From: a virus
Lineage: Duplodnaviria > Caudoviricetes
DNA: 64,000 nucleotides
Reading direction: 5' to 3' (one strand)
Virus record (IMG/VR): IMGVR_UViG_3300025015_000022
Location: 1 to 64,000 of that record
Shown: in pieces, positions 36,509 to 45,731 of the stretch
Layout: the number at the start of each line of letters is the position of its first letter
Position numbering within the stretch: the stretch's first letter is position 1
The notes under the pieces: generated by a model
Databases searched by the model: none
Told to the model about the DNA's origin: nothing
Seen by the model: only the letters and a program-made list of their open reading frames with translations
Translations under genes and position numbers: made by a program

Positions 36509-37342
36509 ATGTCTAGGACGTTCGACCAGACCCTGGAAGACCTGGCCCTGCGGATCGCGGAGAGGCTTGGGAAGACGGGGGGCGGGGCGTTGCCTGTGGC
36601 GGCGTTGGCGGTGGAACCGCTGCCCATTGTGGCTGGCGGGGCGCTTCCGATCGTAGCCACCGGACCGTTGCCGATCGTGGCGGTCGAGTCCCTGCCGACG
36701 GTCATTGCAGCCCCGGTGGTGGTGGCGTCGGCGTCGACGATCGCGCTGAGGCGGCACGAGCTGGGCGACCCCGGTGAGTGCTGCGACATGGCGACAGAGG
36801 CCACGCTGGCCGCCGTGCTCGACCACCTGCTCGGGTGCGCCACCGAGGATACGCTCTCGGACCTGCTGAACCGCATCCCGGCAGACCTCGACCCTGCCAC
36901 GCAGGCGACGCTGGCCGACCTGCTGGCGACGGCCCGATCGGTCGTGGCCGACGGGCGCGTTGCCGTGCGTGTGACGAACTTGCCCGCGGTCCAGCCCGTG
37001 ACGGTGGCGAGCCTGCCGCTTCCCGCTGGTGCCGCGTCGGAGGTGACGCTCGCGGGCATCCTGGCGGCGCTCGAAGCGATGGTCCCGGCGACGCACCTGG
37101 CGCACATCACAACCGCTGGGACGCGCACGCTGAAGGTCGGGACCGGCGTGCTGCGCGGCGTGACGTGCAACGGCAAGGCCGGCATCAAGGCCACCATCTA
37201 CAACGGGGTCGACGCTGGCGGAGAGGTGATCGCCGAGATCACAGCGAACGGCTGGGCGGCGCTCCCGTACGAAGGCGAGTTCACCGTGGGGCTGACCATC
37301 GTGACGACGGGCACGTGGGATCTCACCGTGGCGTGGAAGTAG
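36509..37342 (+). CDS. hypothetical protein with LP(I/V)VA repeats and C-terminal beta domain
   Basis: Five roughly 8-aa repeats; beta-strand-rich last 80 aa. Confidence 0.65.
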   Translation: MSRTFDQTLEDLALRIAERLGKTGGGALPVAALAVEPLPIVAGGALPIVATGPLPIVAVESLPTVIAAPVVVASASTIALRRHELGDPGECCDMATEATLAAVLDHLLGCATEDTLSDLLNRIPADLDPATQATLADLLATARSVVADGRVAVRVTNLPAVQPVTVASLPLPAGAASEVTLAGILAALEAMVPATHLAHITTAGTRTLKVGTGVLRGVTCNGKAGIKATIYNGVDAGGEVIAEITANGWAALPYEGEFTVGLTIVTTGTWDLTVAWK

Positions 37343-37497
37343 ACGCCCTCTCGCCTGCCGATCGCGTTGCCACCCGCTTGCCACCCCTCCGACGCCTACC
37401 GCCACCGCTCGCCTGTCCGTCTCCACCGTGACGCCCCCGCTTGTCGGACGCTCGACGCATAGATGAGACCGTGTGGCGAACCAACCGGGGGTATTCC

Positions 37498-39465
37498 GTG
37501 GCGAAGAAGACGAAGCGCACGATCGCGAAGTTCGTCGACGTGTCCCCCATGTTCGTCAGCCTCGTGTCGAATCCCGCCAGCAAGCGTTACTTCACCGACG
37601 TTCTCCGCTCGGAAGACCTGACGCACGCCGAGGGCATGGCTGGCGTGGTCTACCGCTCGGACGAGCCCGGGGTTGCCGAGGCGATCGCGTTCCTGCGTGA
37701 CGGCAAGGCAGGCGTGGTCCAGGTGGGTGGTGTCGAGCGGTCGGCTCGTCGGTTGGTCATGCCGATCGTGCGTATCGATCGCGAGAAGCGCACCGTCTAC
37801 GGGTCCGCCTACTGCCCGCCCCTCGACGTGCAGGCCGGCGCGGACATCACCCGGGCGGAACTCGACGAGAAGGTCGACACGTACGGGACGTTCATGGACT
37901 CCGAGACATTGGAGACCCTGGCGCACACGTACATGGAGGTTTCCCGGGGCGTCGACGTGATGCACTCGTTCAAGGCGGTTGGTGCCGTGCCGGTCGAGAG
38001 CACGATCATCCGCGAGGGCGAGACGACCGAAGACTACCCGCACGTCGGGATGTGGAAGCTCGGCGTGAAGGTCAACGACGACGCCGTGTGGGCGCGGGTC
38101 GACAGCGGGGAATTGAACAGCTACAGCATCGCGGTCATGGCCGCGTTCGAGTCGATGGACGTGTTCGTGGTCGACGACGAGGCAGGTGAGGCCACGGCTT
38201 CGGCGCGGTCTGCCGACGAGCCCGCCGAGATCCCTGCCCCCGACGCGAGCCCCGAACCGCCCCCCGCCCCCGCGGTCAAGCGGACCTGCGTGGCGTTCCA
38301 GGACCTGCCGATCGCCCCCGAGGATACCGCCTGGGACGGCGCAGCGGCGGACCAGCGGTTGCGTGAGCTGTGCAGCGACGACGGTTCCGGCGACGCCGAC
38401 AAGATGGATTGGGAAGCCTACACGCGCGGTTTCCTGTGGGTCGACGAAGCGGCGCCCGAGAACTTCGGCTCGTACAAGCTCGGCGTGGCCGACGTGGTCG
38501 ACGGCGAGTTGCTGGCGGTGCCCGCGGGGATCTCCGCGGCTGCCGGGCGGTTGAACCAGATCGAGATCAGCGAGGAAGACCAGGCCATGTGCCAGGCGCA
38601 CCTCGGGAATTACTACGTGAAGATGGGCAAGCCCGCCCCGTGGGAAGGCAGCGCTGACCGTGGCGTCGCTCCCACCCCGGCGGAGGAGCCCGCTGCTCCT
38701 GCTCCAGTGGCAGACGACGTCCCGGCCCCCGCCGCTCGCGGCAAGTTCATGGACGAGGTCAACGAGAAGCTCGTGACCGCCGAGCCGATGAACCGGCTGT
38801 GGTTGGCGATGTACGCGCTCGAGGACTTCCTGACCGACCATCTGTGGAGTTGGGACGGCGAGTACACCACCGAAGACGTGGGCGTGGCCTTCGACGAATG
38901 CCGGGCCTTCGTGCTCGAGCAGTTGGCGATGCTGGACGGGCTCCGGGACGCCGATGCGAAGACGACGCTGGCGCATGCCATGCTCGAAGCCCGCTACACG
39001 CTGGCAGAGCGCGTGGGCAAGAAGATCGCCAAGGCCCGCTTGGACAAGATCGACCAGGCCAAGCGCCTGCTGGACGAGGTGATCGCGGACGCCACCGACA
39101 TCGTGGAAGAGTCGGCGGGCCCCGCGGCAATCGACGCTCCCGCCCCTGCACCTGCGGTCGACCCCGCTACTCCCGCTGACCCCCTGGCCGCCGTTCGTGG
39201 CGATCTCGCGGGGCTGATCGAGCGCGTGGCCAAGGTCGAAGGCTTCTCCACCCGCCTCGACGAGTTGGTGGCACGCATGGACGCCATGCCCACGGGCGAG
39301 GTGCTCATGAAGCTGCGGGAAGACCTCGACGACATCATGGAAGACCTGGGGCTGGCGACTCCTGAGAACCGTCAGGCGGAAGCCGAAGACGGCACGCCCC
39401 AGACTCGTGAGGAGAAGAAGGCAGTGATTCGCGGCGCCGACTTCGGTCGGTTCTGCCGCCGGTAG
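37498..39465 (+). CDS. XkdF-like prohead protease / scaffold fusion
   Basis: FVSLVSNPASKRYF, RTVYGSAY, VDTYGTFM, GELNSYSI; acidic Pro/Ala linkers; coiled C-terminus. Confidence 0.8.
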   Translation: MAKKTKRTIAKFVDVSPMFVSLVSNPASKRYFTDVLRSEDLTHAEGMAGVVYRSDEPGVAEAIAFLRDGKAGVVQVGGVERSARRLVMPIVRIDREKRTVYGSAYCPPLDVQAGADITRAELDEKVDTYGTFMDSETLETLAHTYMEVSRGVDVMHSFKAVGAVPVESTIIREGETTEDYPHVGMWKLGVKVNDDAVWARVDSGELNSYSIAVMAAFESMDVFVVDDEAGEATASARSADEPAEIPAPDASPEPPPAPAVKRTCVAFQDLPIAPEDTAWDGAAADQRLRELCSDDGSGDADKMDWEAYTRGFLWVDEAAPENFGSYKLGVADVVDGELLAVPAGISAAAGRLNQIEISEEDQAMCQAHLGNYYVKMGKPAPWEGSADRGVAPTPAEEPAAPAPVADDVPAPAARGKFMDEVNEKLVTAEPMNRLWLAMYALEDFLTDHLWSWDGEYTTEDVGVAFDECRAFVLEQLAMLDGLRDADAKTTLAHAMLEARYTLAERVGKKIAKARLDKIDQAKRLLDEVIADATDIVEESAGPAAIDAPAPAPAVDPATPADPLAAVRGDLAGLIERVAKVEGFSTRLDELVARMDAMPTGEVLMKLREDLDDIMEDLGLATPENRQAEAEDGTPQTREEKKAVIRGADFGRFCRR

Positions 39466-39521
39466 GTAATTGGATCGTGCGGCACGTGGCCGCGTGAACT
39501 TGGCAACCTGAGGAGGATCAC

Positions 39522-40511
39522 ATGAGGACGCGGGAAGAGATGCTGGAGGCCAAGCGCGTGATCGCTGCGGCCGTACGCGGAACGGGCACTGGAACCACCG
39601 ACGACTTCAGCGCGCAGGGCGGGTTGAAGGTCGAGGAGGTGAAGGCGTTCATCACGGTCATGCAGGAGGCTGGCAAGCTCGGCGGCCTGGTCAACTGGAA
39701 GCAGGTCGGCGCCAAGAGTGGCACGCTGCCCCGCCGGCAGTTCGGCTCGCGGCTCCTGCGCGGCGCCGGTGAGGGCGTGGCCCCCGGCAGCTACGTGAAG
39801 CCCGACGTTTCGCACATCGATTTCGCGTGCAAGAAGGTCCGCCTGGCCTGGGACACCACCGAAGAGGTCTTCCTCTACGGCGTCGAGGGCGAGGACTATG
39901 AGGCTTCGGAGCTCGAAGGGTTCATGAACACCTTCGGCCTGGACCTCATCGACATGGGGCTGAACGGCGAGACGGCGACGGACCCCAGCGACCCGGACTA
40001 CGACTTCCTCAAGGTCGTGAACGGCTGGCTGTACAAGGTTGCCAACGGCGGCGGCAACGTCGTGGACGCGACGGCGCTCGCGGGTGGCACGGCCATCGGC
40101 AAGCACATCTACACGGCGGCCATCAACGCGCTGCCGAACACGTGGCAGTCGCGGCTGGACAAGTACATCTGGATCCACAACCCGACTCTGCTGAACACGT
40201 TCATCGACGTGCTCTCCGACGTGCCGTCGAGCATGGGCGACCTGGCTACGATGAACAACACGATCGAGAACGAGACGATCAAGGGCGTGAAGTACATCCG
40301 CGAGGCGTCGATGCCCGTGGACCAGCTTCTGCTCGTGGACCCGGCGCAGCTCGCGATGATCTACAACCGCAACATGAAGCTGCGGCGTACGAGCGAGGGC
40401 GTGACGGCGGCGAGCGAGGACAAGCGCTTCAGCTTCCTGATCGGCGACTACGACCCCGTCGTGTACTGGCCGGAAGCGTGCGTGCTGGTGACGGGCATCA
40501 CCCTGGTGTAG
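39522..40511 (+). CDS. major capsid protein (HK97 fold, XkdG-like)
   Basis: GAGGAG RBS, high-expression codons, position after the protease, FGLDLIDMGLNG...FLKVVNGW. Confidence 0.85.
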   Translation: MRTREEMLEAKRVIAAAVRGTGTGTTDDFSAQGGLKVEEVKAFITVMQEAGKLGGLVNWKQVGAKSGTLPRRQFGSRLLRGAGEGVAPGSYVKPDVSHIDFACKKVRLAWDTTEEVFLYGVEGEDYEASELEGFMNTFGLDLIDMGLNGETATDPSDPDYDFLKVVNGWLYKVANGGGNVVDATALAGGTAIGKHIYTAAINALPNTWQSRLDKYIWIHNPTLLNTFIDVLSDVPSSMGDLATMNNTIENETIKGVKYIREASMPVDQLLLVDPAQLAMIYNRNMKLRRTSEGVTAASEDKRFSFLIGDYDPVVYWPEACVLVTGITLV

Positions 40512-40578
40512 CCCGGGGCGTGCGAGTGCTGGTGCTGACGACCTGACGACTTGACGCCCGCGAGGGCAGGAGGATTTC

Positions 40579-40968
40579 ATGAGGCTGAACGTACTCCCGG
40601 ACTTCGGGACTCCCGGATCGCCGAAGACGGCCGTGATCGAGATCGGGTTCGAGGACTACGACACCAACGTGCTGGGCGAGGCGACGGGGCTCGTGCTGCC
40701 GGCGAACTGCCTGGCGACGTTCCGGCCGTTCCTGACCGAGGTGTTCAACTCGGGCGCGAGCGACACGATCACGGTGGGCAAGCTGGGCACGCTGACCGCG
40801 TACCTGGCCGGCGGCGACATCAACGAAGCGGCGGCCACGGTGCAGGCGGCGGTGGGTCCGTACCACATCACCGCCGAGACCGAGGTCTACGTCGACTACC
40901 AGTCGACCGGGACCGCTCCGACGACGGGTCGGCTGTTCGTGGCCGTCGACGTCGTGCGGCTGGCGTAG
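40579..40968 (+). CDS. capsid decoration/cement protein (putative)
   Basis: 129-aa beta-rich protein directly after the MCP. Confidence 0.55.
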   Translation: MRLNVLPDFGTPGSPKTAVIEIGFEDYDTNVLGEATGLVLPANCLATFRPFLTEVFNSGASDTITVGKLGTLTAYLAGGDINEAAATVQAAVGPYHITAETEVYVDYQSTGTAPTTGRLFVAVDVVRLA

Positions 40969-40988
40969 CCGAAGAGCGGGCGCAGTGA

Positions 40989-41014
40989 CCCCCGCCGGCA
41001 TGGGTCGGCGGGGG
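40989..41014 (+). terminator. GC-rich 11-bp stem-loop without U-tract (terminator or processing site)
   Basis: CCCCCGCCGGC-ATGG-GTCGGCGGGGG. Confidence 0.45.
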
Positions 41015-41045
41015 GCAGCGCTACCGCGATGGATGGAGGGGTAAG

Positions 41046-41570
41046 ATGGGCGTGTTTCTGAAGCTGCGAGCGGGTGTGGGCCCTGGCAAGTACGTCTGCG
41101 GCAAGACGGTGTTCCTGCGTACCTCGGGTCGCGGGGGTCCGAACGTCGCGGAGGTGGAGCGGGGCATGGCGGATCGCCTGTTGGGCACGGGGTGGTTCGA
41201 GCGGGTGGAAGCGCCCGTCGAGCGCGCAGTGTCGGAGCAGGCGACGGTGACAGTGCGCAGGGGACGCGTGGTGGTCTCCGAGGCGCTCGAAGCGTCGGAG
41301 TCCGTCGCCAATTCCGTCGAGGCCACCCAGGTCGCCGAGCCCGTCGAATCCATCGAAGAGCACGAAGTCGACCCGATGGACGAGATGGAGGCGATCGCCG
41401 CTCGTGCGGAACGTGAGCCTGCCCATCCGAAGTACACGCGGTCGGTGCTGTCGAAGATGACGAAGAGCGAACTCGAGGCCATCGCGAAGACCGTGAGCCT
41501 CCAGAACCTCGTTGGCCAGAGCATCCGCAAGGACCTGGCCGACGCGATCGCCGAGAAGCTTGGGCTCTAG
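41046..41570 (+). CDS. hypothetical protein with C-terminal Rho-N/HeH-like domain
   Basis: LSKMTKSELEAIAK...RKDLADAI. Confidence 0.6.
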   Translation: MGVFLKLRAGVGPGKYVCGKTVFLRTSGRGGPNVAEVERGMADRLLGTGWFERVEAPVERAVSEQATVTVRRGRVVVSEALEASESVANSVEATQVAEPVESIEEHEVDPMDEMEAIAARAEREPAHPKYTRSVLSKMTKSELEAIAKTVSLQNLVGQSIRKDLADAIAEKLGL

Positions 41571-41598
41571 TTGCCCCTGTGACCGCGATCGCGAGTAA

Positions 41599-43713
41599 AT
41601 GGAGATGACCATGACCACCACCGCGCGCACCAATCTGACGACAAAACTTGCGAAGGGCATCAACTCCGGTATCTTCGGGCGTGACCCCTCGACCAAGAAG
41701 CTGCTGCTGGAACTGGCGACGACGGAGCAGGTCGCGGCAGAGACGGCGCTGACCGTTCGCGTGGCAGCGGCAGAGGCGCTGATCGCCGGCGCCAAGGAAG
41801 TAGCCGACGCGGCCGCACTCGCGGCTCTCGACACGACCCTGTTCGTCGACGGGCAGTTGGTGGCGCTGAACAGCACGGGCGTCCTGTACCGCTTCAACCT
41901 CGGGGAAGCGACGGGCTCCGAAGACCCGCCCAACACCTACGACGCGACGGACGGCGGCGGCGTGTACCACGAGGCCGTGGCGAACGACGTGGGCATTCAC
42001 CTGCCCGTGGCCGACATCGCGACGCTGAAGGCCATCGTGGCGGCGGCTCGCTCCGAGGGTATGCTGTGCCTAGTCACCAACAACGGCGCCGCCATGGCTG
42101 ACATCTACCACTACGACGCGACCAGCGTCTCGGCGCAGACGCTTCCCGGCGTCGTGTCGCCCGACGATGCGATCGGGCGGTGGTTCGCGGTCGGCGTTTT
42201 CGACTTCAAGACGTACTACGACACGTTGTACGCTGCGGTGTCGCACACGCAGACCGCATCGACCATCACCGACCTCTCGACGGCCGTCGACGCCATCGTG
42301 GCGACGAAGGTGCTGACCCCCGTGGCCGACACCGCGGCCCTCGCGGCCCTCGACGTGGCCGGCGTACTGACGGCCGGTGCGTCCTGCCTCGTGGTCGACC
42401 GTGGTGACGGCTACGCGTGGCGCTACCGCTACGTCGTCGGCGCCGTGCCGAACCCCGACTACGGGACCATCGGCGGCGTGCGTGTCTACACGGCCGGGAC
42501 CAACGGCTACTGGACGCCGGAGGATCTGCCCGCGTACCTGCTGGCGGCCGAAGGATTCGACCGCCAGCGCCTCGGCGCGCTGGGTGGCGCGGTGAAGGGA
42601 ACCGCCTCGGCGTGGTTCCTGTCGTCCGAGGGCGCCGACGTCAACGGTCACGGCTTCACGCTCGATTGGGACGGTGCGCACCCCGAAGAAGTGGTCGTCA
42701 CCGACGCCATCAAGGACCTGTGCCTGAGCGTTGCGCTGACCGAGACGTACCTGAACCTCGCGATCGTGAGCCAGTGCGCCGTGGCGAACAACGCCAGGGC
42801 ACGCGTTGTCTATGACGACGTGGCGGGGGCATACTGCATCGTGTTCCCGTCCGACGTGACGACCGCCGCGACGGCGATCACCGCTCCGGCGGTTGCGAAC
42901 GACATCAGCGTCGGCGCGAAGCTGGCGCTGGAGACGGGCGCGACCGGCGTCCGCACGTTGCCCCGCAGCCGAAGCATGATCGACTCCGCGCTCGCGCACC
43001 CTGCCGAGAGCGGATCGAGCCACGCCGACGTGCTGGCCGCCACGACCGCGCTGACGACCCTGCCGAGCAAGGGTGCCATCGCGACGGCGATCTTGTCAGA
43101 GGGCACGGCCGTCGACTTCGCCGTCAACGACAGTCTGACGGTCGGCGCCGACATCTACGTCGGCAAGGATGCGCCCGCCGCTCCGTTCGAGTTCCTGCGC
43201 GGGACCAATCGCGCGACTTCGATCGCGGCTCTCGTCGCAGAGGCAGCGATCAGCGGGACCGCGCTCGTCAAGTTGACCGCGGATGGCAACAACATCCTGG
43301 CGCAGTCGGCCAGTGCGCCGCAGGGGCCCCTGGTCGCTGGCGGCGGCGGCAACATCGCGCTGGCGTGCAGCATCGCGGCCGATGCTACGTCGGTGTGGGA
43401 TCACGGAAATATGAACGAGTCCGGTGCGGCGCCGTCGACGGAGATGGCGCACGCGAACATCGTCGTGTCGGCAGCGATGGCAGCCGCGTTGGCCGTTGGC
43501 GCGGGGGCGGCGTGCATTCTGCTCACGGTGCCGTTCAACACGTCTGCCGCGACGTTGCTGAAGGTGTCCGTCCGCACGACTGCCGGCGCCTGCCGATACG
43601 ATGTGACGGACCTGTTCATGCTCGACACGGTCCTGAACTTGGTGGTCGTCGAGAACGCCGGGGTTACGCACCTCGTGGCCGGCAACATCTTGGACGTCAT
43701 CATCGTCGCGTAA
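41599..43713 (+). CDS. large virion appendage (head fibre/decoration) with three repeats
   Basis: VAD.A.L.AL repeats at 41800, 42007 and 42322; Ala/Val/Thr-rich. Confidence 0.6.
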   Translation: MEMTMTTTARTNLTTKLAKGINSGIFGRDPSTKKLLLELATTEQVAAETALTVRVAAAEALIAGAKEVADAAALAALDTTLFVDGQLVALNSTGVLYRFNLGEATGSEDPPNTYDATDGGGVYHEAVANDVGIHLPVADIATLKAIVAAARSEGMLCLVTNNGAAMADIYHYDATSVSAQTLPGVVSPDDAIGRWFAVGVFDFKTYYDTLYAAVSHTQTASTITDLSTAVDAIVATKVLTPVADTAALAALDVAGVLTAGASCLVVDRGDGYAWRYRYVVGAVPNPDYGTIGGVRVYTAGTNGYWTPEDLPAYLLAAEGFDRQRLGALGGAVKGTASAWFLSSEGADVNGHGFTLDWDGAHPEEVVVTDAIKDLCLSVALTETYLNLAIVSQCAVANNARARVVYDDVAGAYCIVFPSDVTTAATAITAPAVANDISVGAKLALETGATGVRTLPRSRSMIDSALAHPAESGSSHADVLAATTALTTLPSKGAIATAILSEGTAVDFAVNDSLTVGADIYVGKDAPAAPFEFLRGTNRATSIAALVAEAAISGTALVKLTADGNNILAQSASAPQGPLVAGGGGNIALACSIAADATSVWDHGNMNESGAAPSTEMAHANIVVSAAMAAALAVGAGAACILLTVPFNTSAATLLKVSVRTTAGACRYDVTDLFMLDTVLNLVVVENAGVTHLVAGNILDVIIVA

Positions 43714-43773
43714 TCCGACCGGGCGTGTGGCCCGCCCGGCACGGGCCAACCGCCCGACTCGCTGGGAGGGGCT

Positions 43774-44472
43774 GTGGGTAACTACGTCACCAGAGAGCAG
43801 ATCGTCGCGGAGGGGTTCACCGACTCCGATCGCATCGACACGCTCATCGCAGGGGCAGAGCGGTACGTCGAGCGGGTGACCGGTCGGTGGTTCTACCGCA
43901 AGCTCACGGCGCTGAAGGTCGACGGCAACGGACGGGAGTTGCTGCATCTGCCGCACTGCATCTGCCAGGGCGACTCGCAGATCACGAAGGTCGAGAGCGG
44001 GGTTGCGACGCTAACGGAGTTGGACCTGGACTCCATCATCGTGTGCAACACCGACGACGACCGCTGGAATCCGAAGCTCGTCTGGAACAACGAGACGGGC
44101 GTGCTGGTCGACGACGACGTGATTTACACGTGGCCCAGGGGTCGGCGGAACATCACGGTCACGGGGTACTTCGGGTTTGTGGATTACGAGCTGGTCGCGC
44201 CCGTGGCGCCCGCGACTGAGTACACCCCGACGTGGACGACGCCCCCCGAGATCGCCGAGGTGGTCAAGCGCCTGGTGGCCCGGGGACTTCCGCTGCTGAG
44301 TGACGTGGACGGCCAGGCCGACAGGCAGGCGCACCGCATCACGAGCGAGACGACGGTTGGGCGCTCGGTGAGCATGGGCGCCTTGCTGGCCACGGGGGGC
44401 ATGACCGGAGACCCCGACATCGACACAGTGCTGGCCATGTTCCGCCGGCCCATGAGCGGCGGCGTGGTCTGA
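43774..44472 (+). CDS. head-tail adaptor (gp6/gp15-like)
   Basis: IDTLIAGAERYVERVTGRWF...NITVTGYFG...PPEIAEVV. Confidence 0.75.
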   Translation: MGNYVTREQIVAEGFTDSDRIDTLIAGAERYVERVTGRWFYRKLTALKVDGNGRELLHLPHCICQGDSQITKVESGVATLTELDLDSIIVCNTDDDRWNPKLVWNNETGVLVDDDVIYTWPRGRRNITVTGYFGFVDYELVAPVAPATEYTPTWTTPPEIAEVVKRLVARGLPLLSDVDGQADRQAHRITSETTVGRSVSMGALLATGGMTGDPDIDTVLAMFRRPMSGGVV

Positions 44473-44488
44473 GGCTGAGGAGGAGCGC

Positions 44489-45261
44489 ATGAGGAGCACC
44501 TACGTGGGATCGATGGACGTGACGTACTTGGTGATCGTGCCGGTGAACAGGGGCCCGGTGCGGGTCAAGCTGTTCGGCGGGGTGCAGGTGCAGGTGCTGA
44601 GGGCTGGGACGTCGACGCCGATGCAGTTGGGGCAGAGCGACATTGCGGCGCTGTACGCGGCGTGTCCGGACGTGCGGATCAAGCCGCTGGTGTCGTCGCG
44701 GGTGGTGACGCGTGCGGCGGCGGTGGCACAGGCTGCCCTGGTGGTCGAGGCGAACCCGCAGACCCCCGAGAGCACGCTGGCCATCGAGAGCGCCGAGGCT
44801 GCGCGGCCAGAGACGACCGAGAAGAAGTTGAAGCGCCGCAAGCCGGAGGTCACCGAGTGAGGACGCGCCTGCTGTTCGCCGAGACCGTGACGATCGCGCC
44901 CGTGGCTACGGCTACCGGAGCAACGGTCGACCCCCATCGCAGGACGCCACGGATGGCTGACGCTGGGGGCGCGCAGGTGGTGATTCGCGCGCAGGTGGAG
45001 TTCGCGTTGTCCGAGAGCAAGAGCGACGGCGGGTCTGACGTGACGGTGGTTGGCGAGATCACGTTCAAGAAGGCCGACTGCGCGGCGCTGAGCTACACCC
45101 CCGCGAAGGGCGATCGGTTGGTCACCACGGTGTTCCGCGACTACGCCACCCCCGAGGGCGCGGAGTTGCGGATCGGCGCGAGGCCTGGGCGACTGGACCG
45201 CGGGCGACTCGTTCATGCGCCGTTGGAGCTGCGGCACCCCGAGCGGCGGGTGAGCGCATGA
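44489..45261 (+). other. two neck-region genes (44489-44860 hypothetical; 44857-45261 head-closure-like)
   Basis: Position, size and GTGA overlap. Confidence 0.5.
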
Positions 45262-45731
45262 CGATCGGCGGGGACTGGGACAAGCTCATCAGCGCGATGG
45301 GACCGCAGTTCGAGAAGAACCTGGAGGCTGCGGCGGTCGAAGAGTTGAACCGCGTGGGCCGGCTCACGGTGCGGGTGGCCAAGAAGATGATCCGTGACCG
45401 GGAGTACGCGAAGAACGCGGCGAAGACGATCGCGATGAAGCGCGGGTCGACGATGCCGTTGGTGAATCATCGTGATCTGATGAACTCCATCCGACACGTG
45501 CTCGCGGGACGCAAGGAGATGAGCGCGATCGTCGGCGCGAACAAGAAGGACCTGGCTGGAAAAAACATCGCCAAGAAGCTGAGCGACGGCGTGAGGGGGA
45601 AGGGCGGCGGCTGGTTCATCCCGCCGCGGCCGTTCATGTCGAGGCCGTTGCAGTCCGCTGAGGTGCAGAAGGGGCTACGTGCTGCGGCGTTGGAGACGGT
45701 GCGTAAGGCCATCGCGAAGGGGAAAGCGTGA
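45258..45731 (+). CDS. virion morphogenesis / tail completion protein (HK97 gp10-like)
   Basis: PLVNHRDLMNSI, IPPRPFM. Confidence 0.7.
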   Translation: MTIGGDWDKLISAMGPQFEKNLEAAAVEELNRVGRLTVRVAKKMIRDREYAKNAAKTIAMKRGSTMPLVNHRDLMNSIRHVLAGRKEMSAIVGANKKDLAGKNIAKKLSDGVRGKGGGWFIPPRPFMSRPLQSAEVQKGLRAAALETVRKAIAKGKA

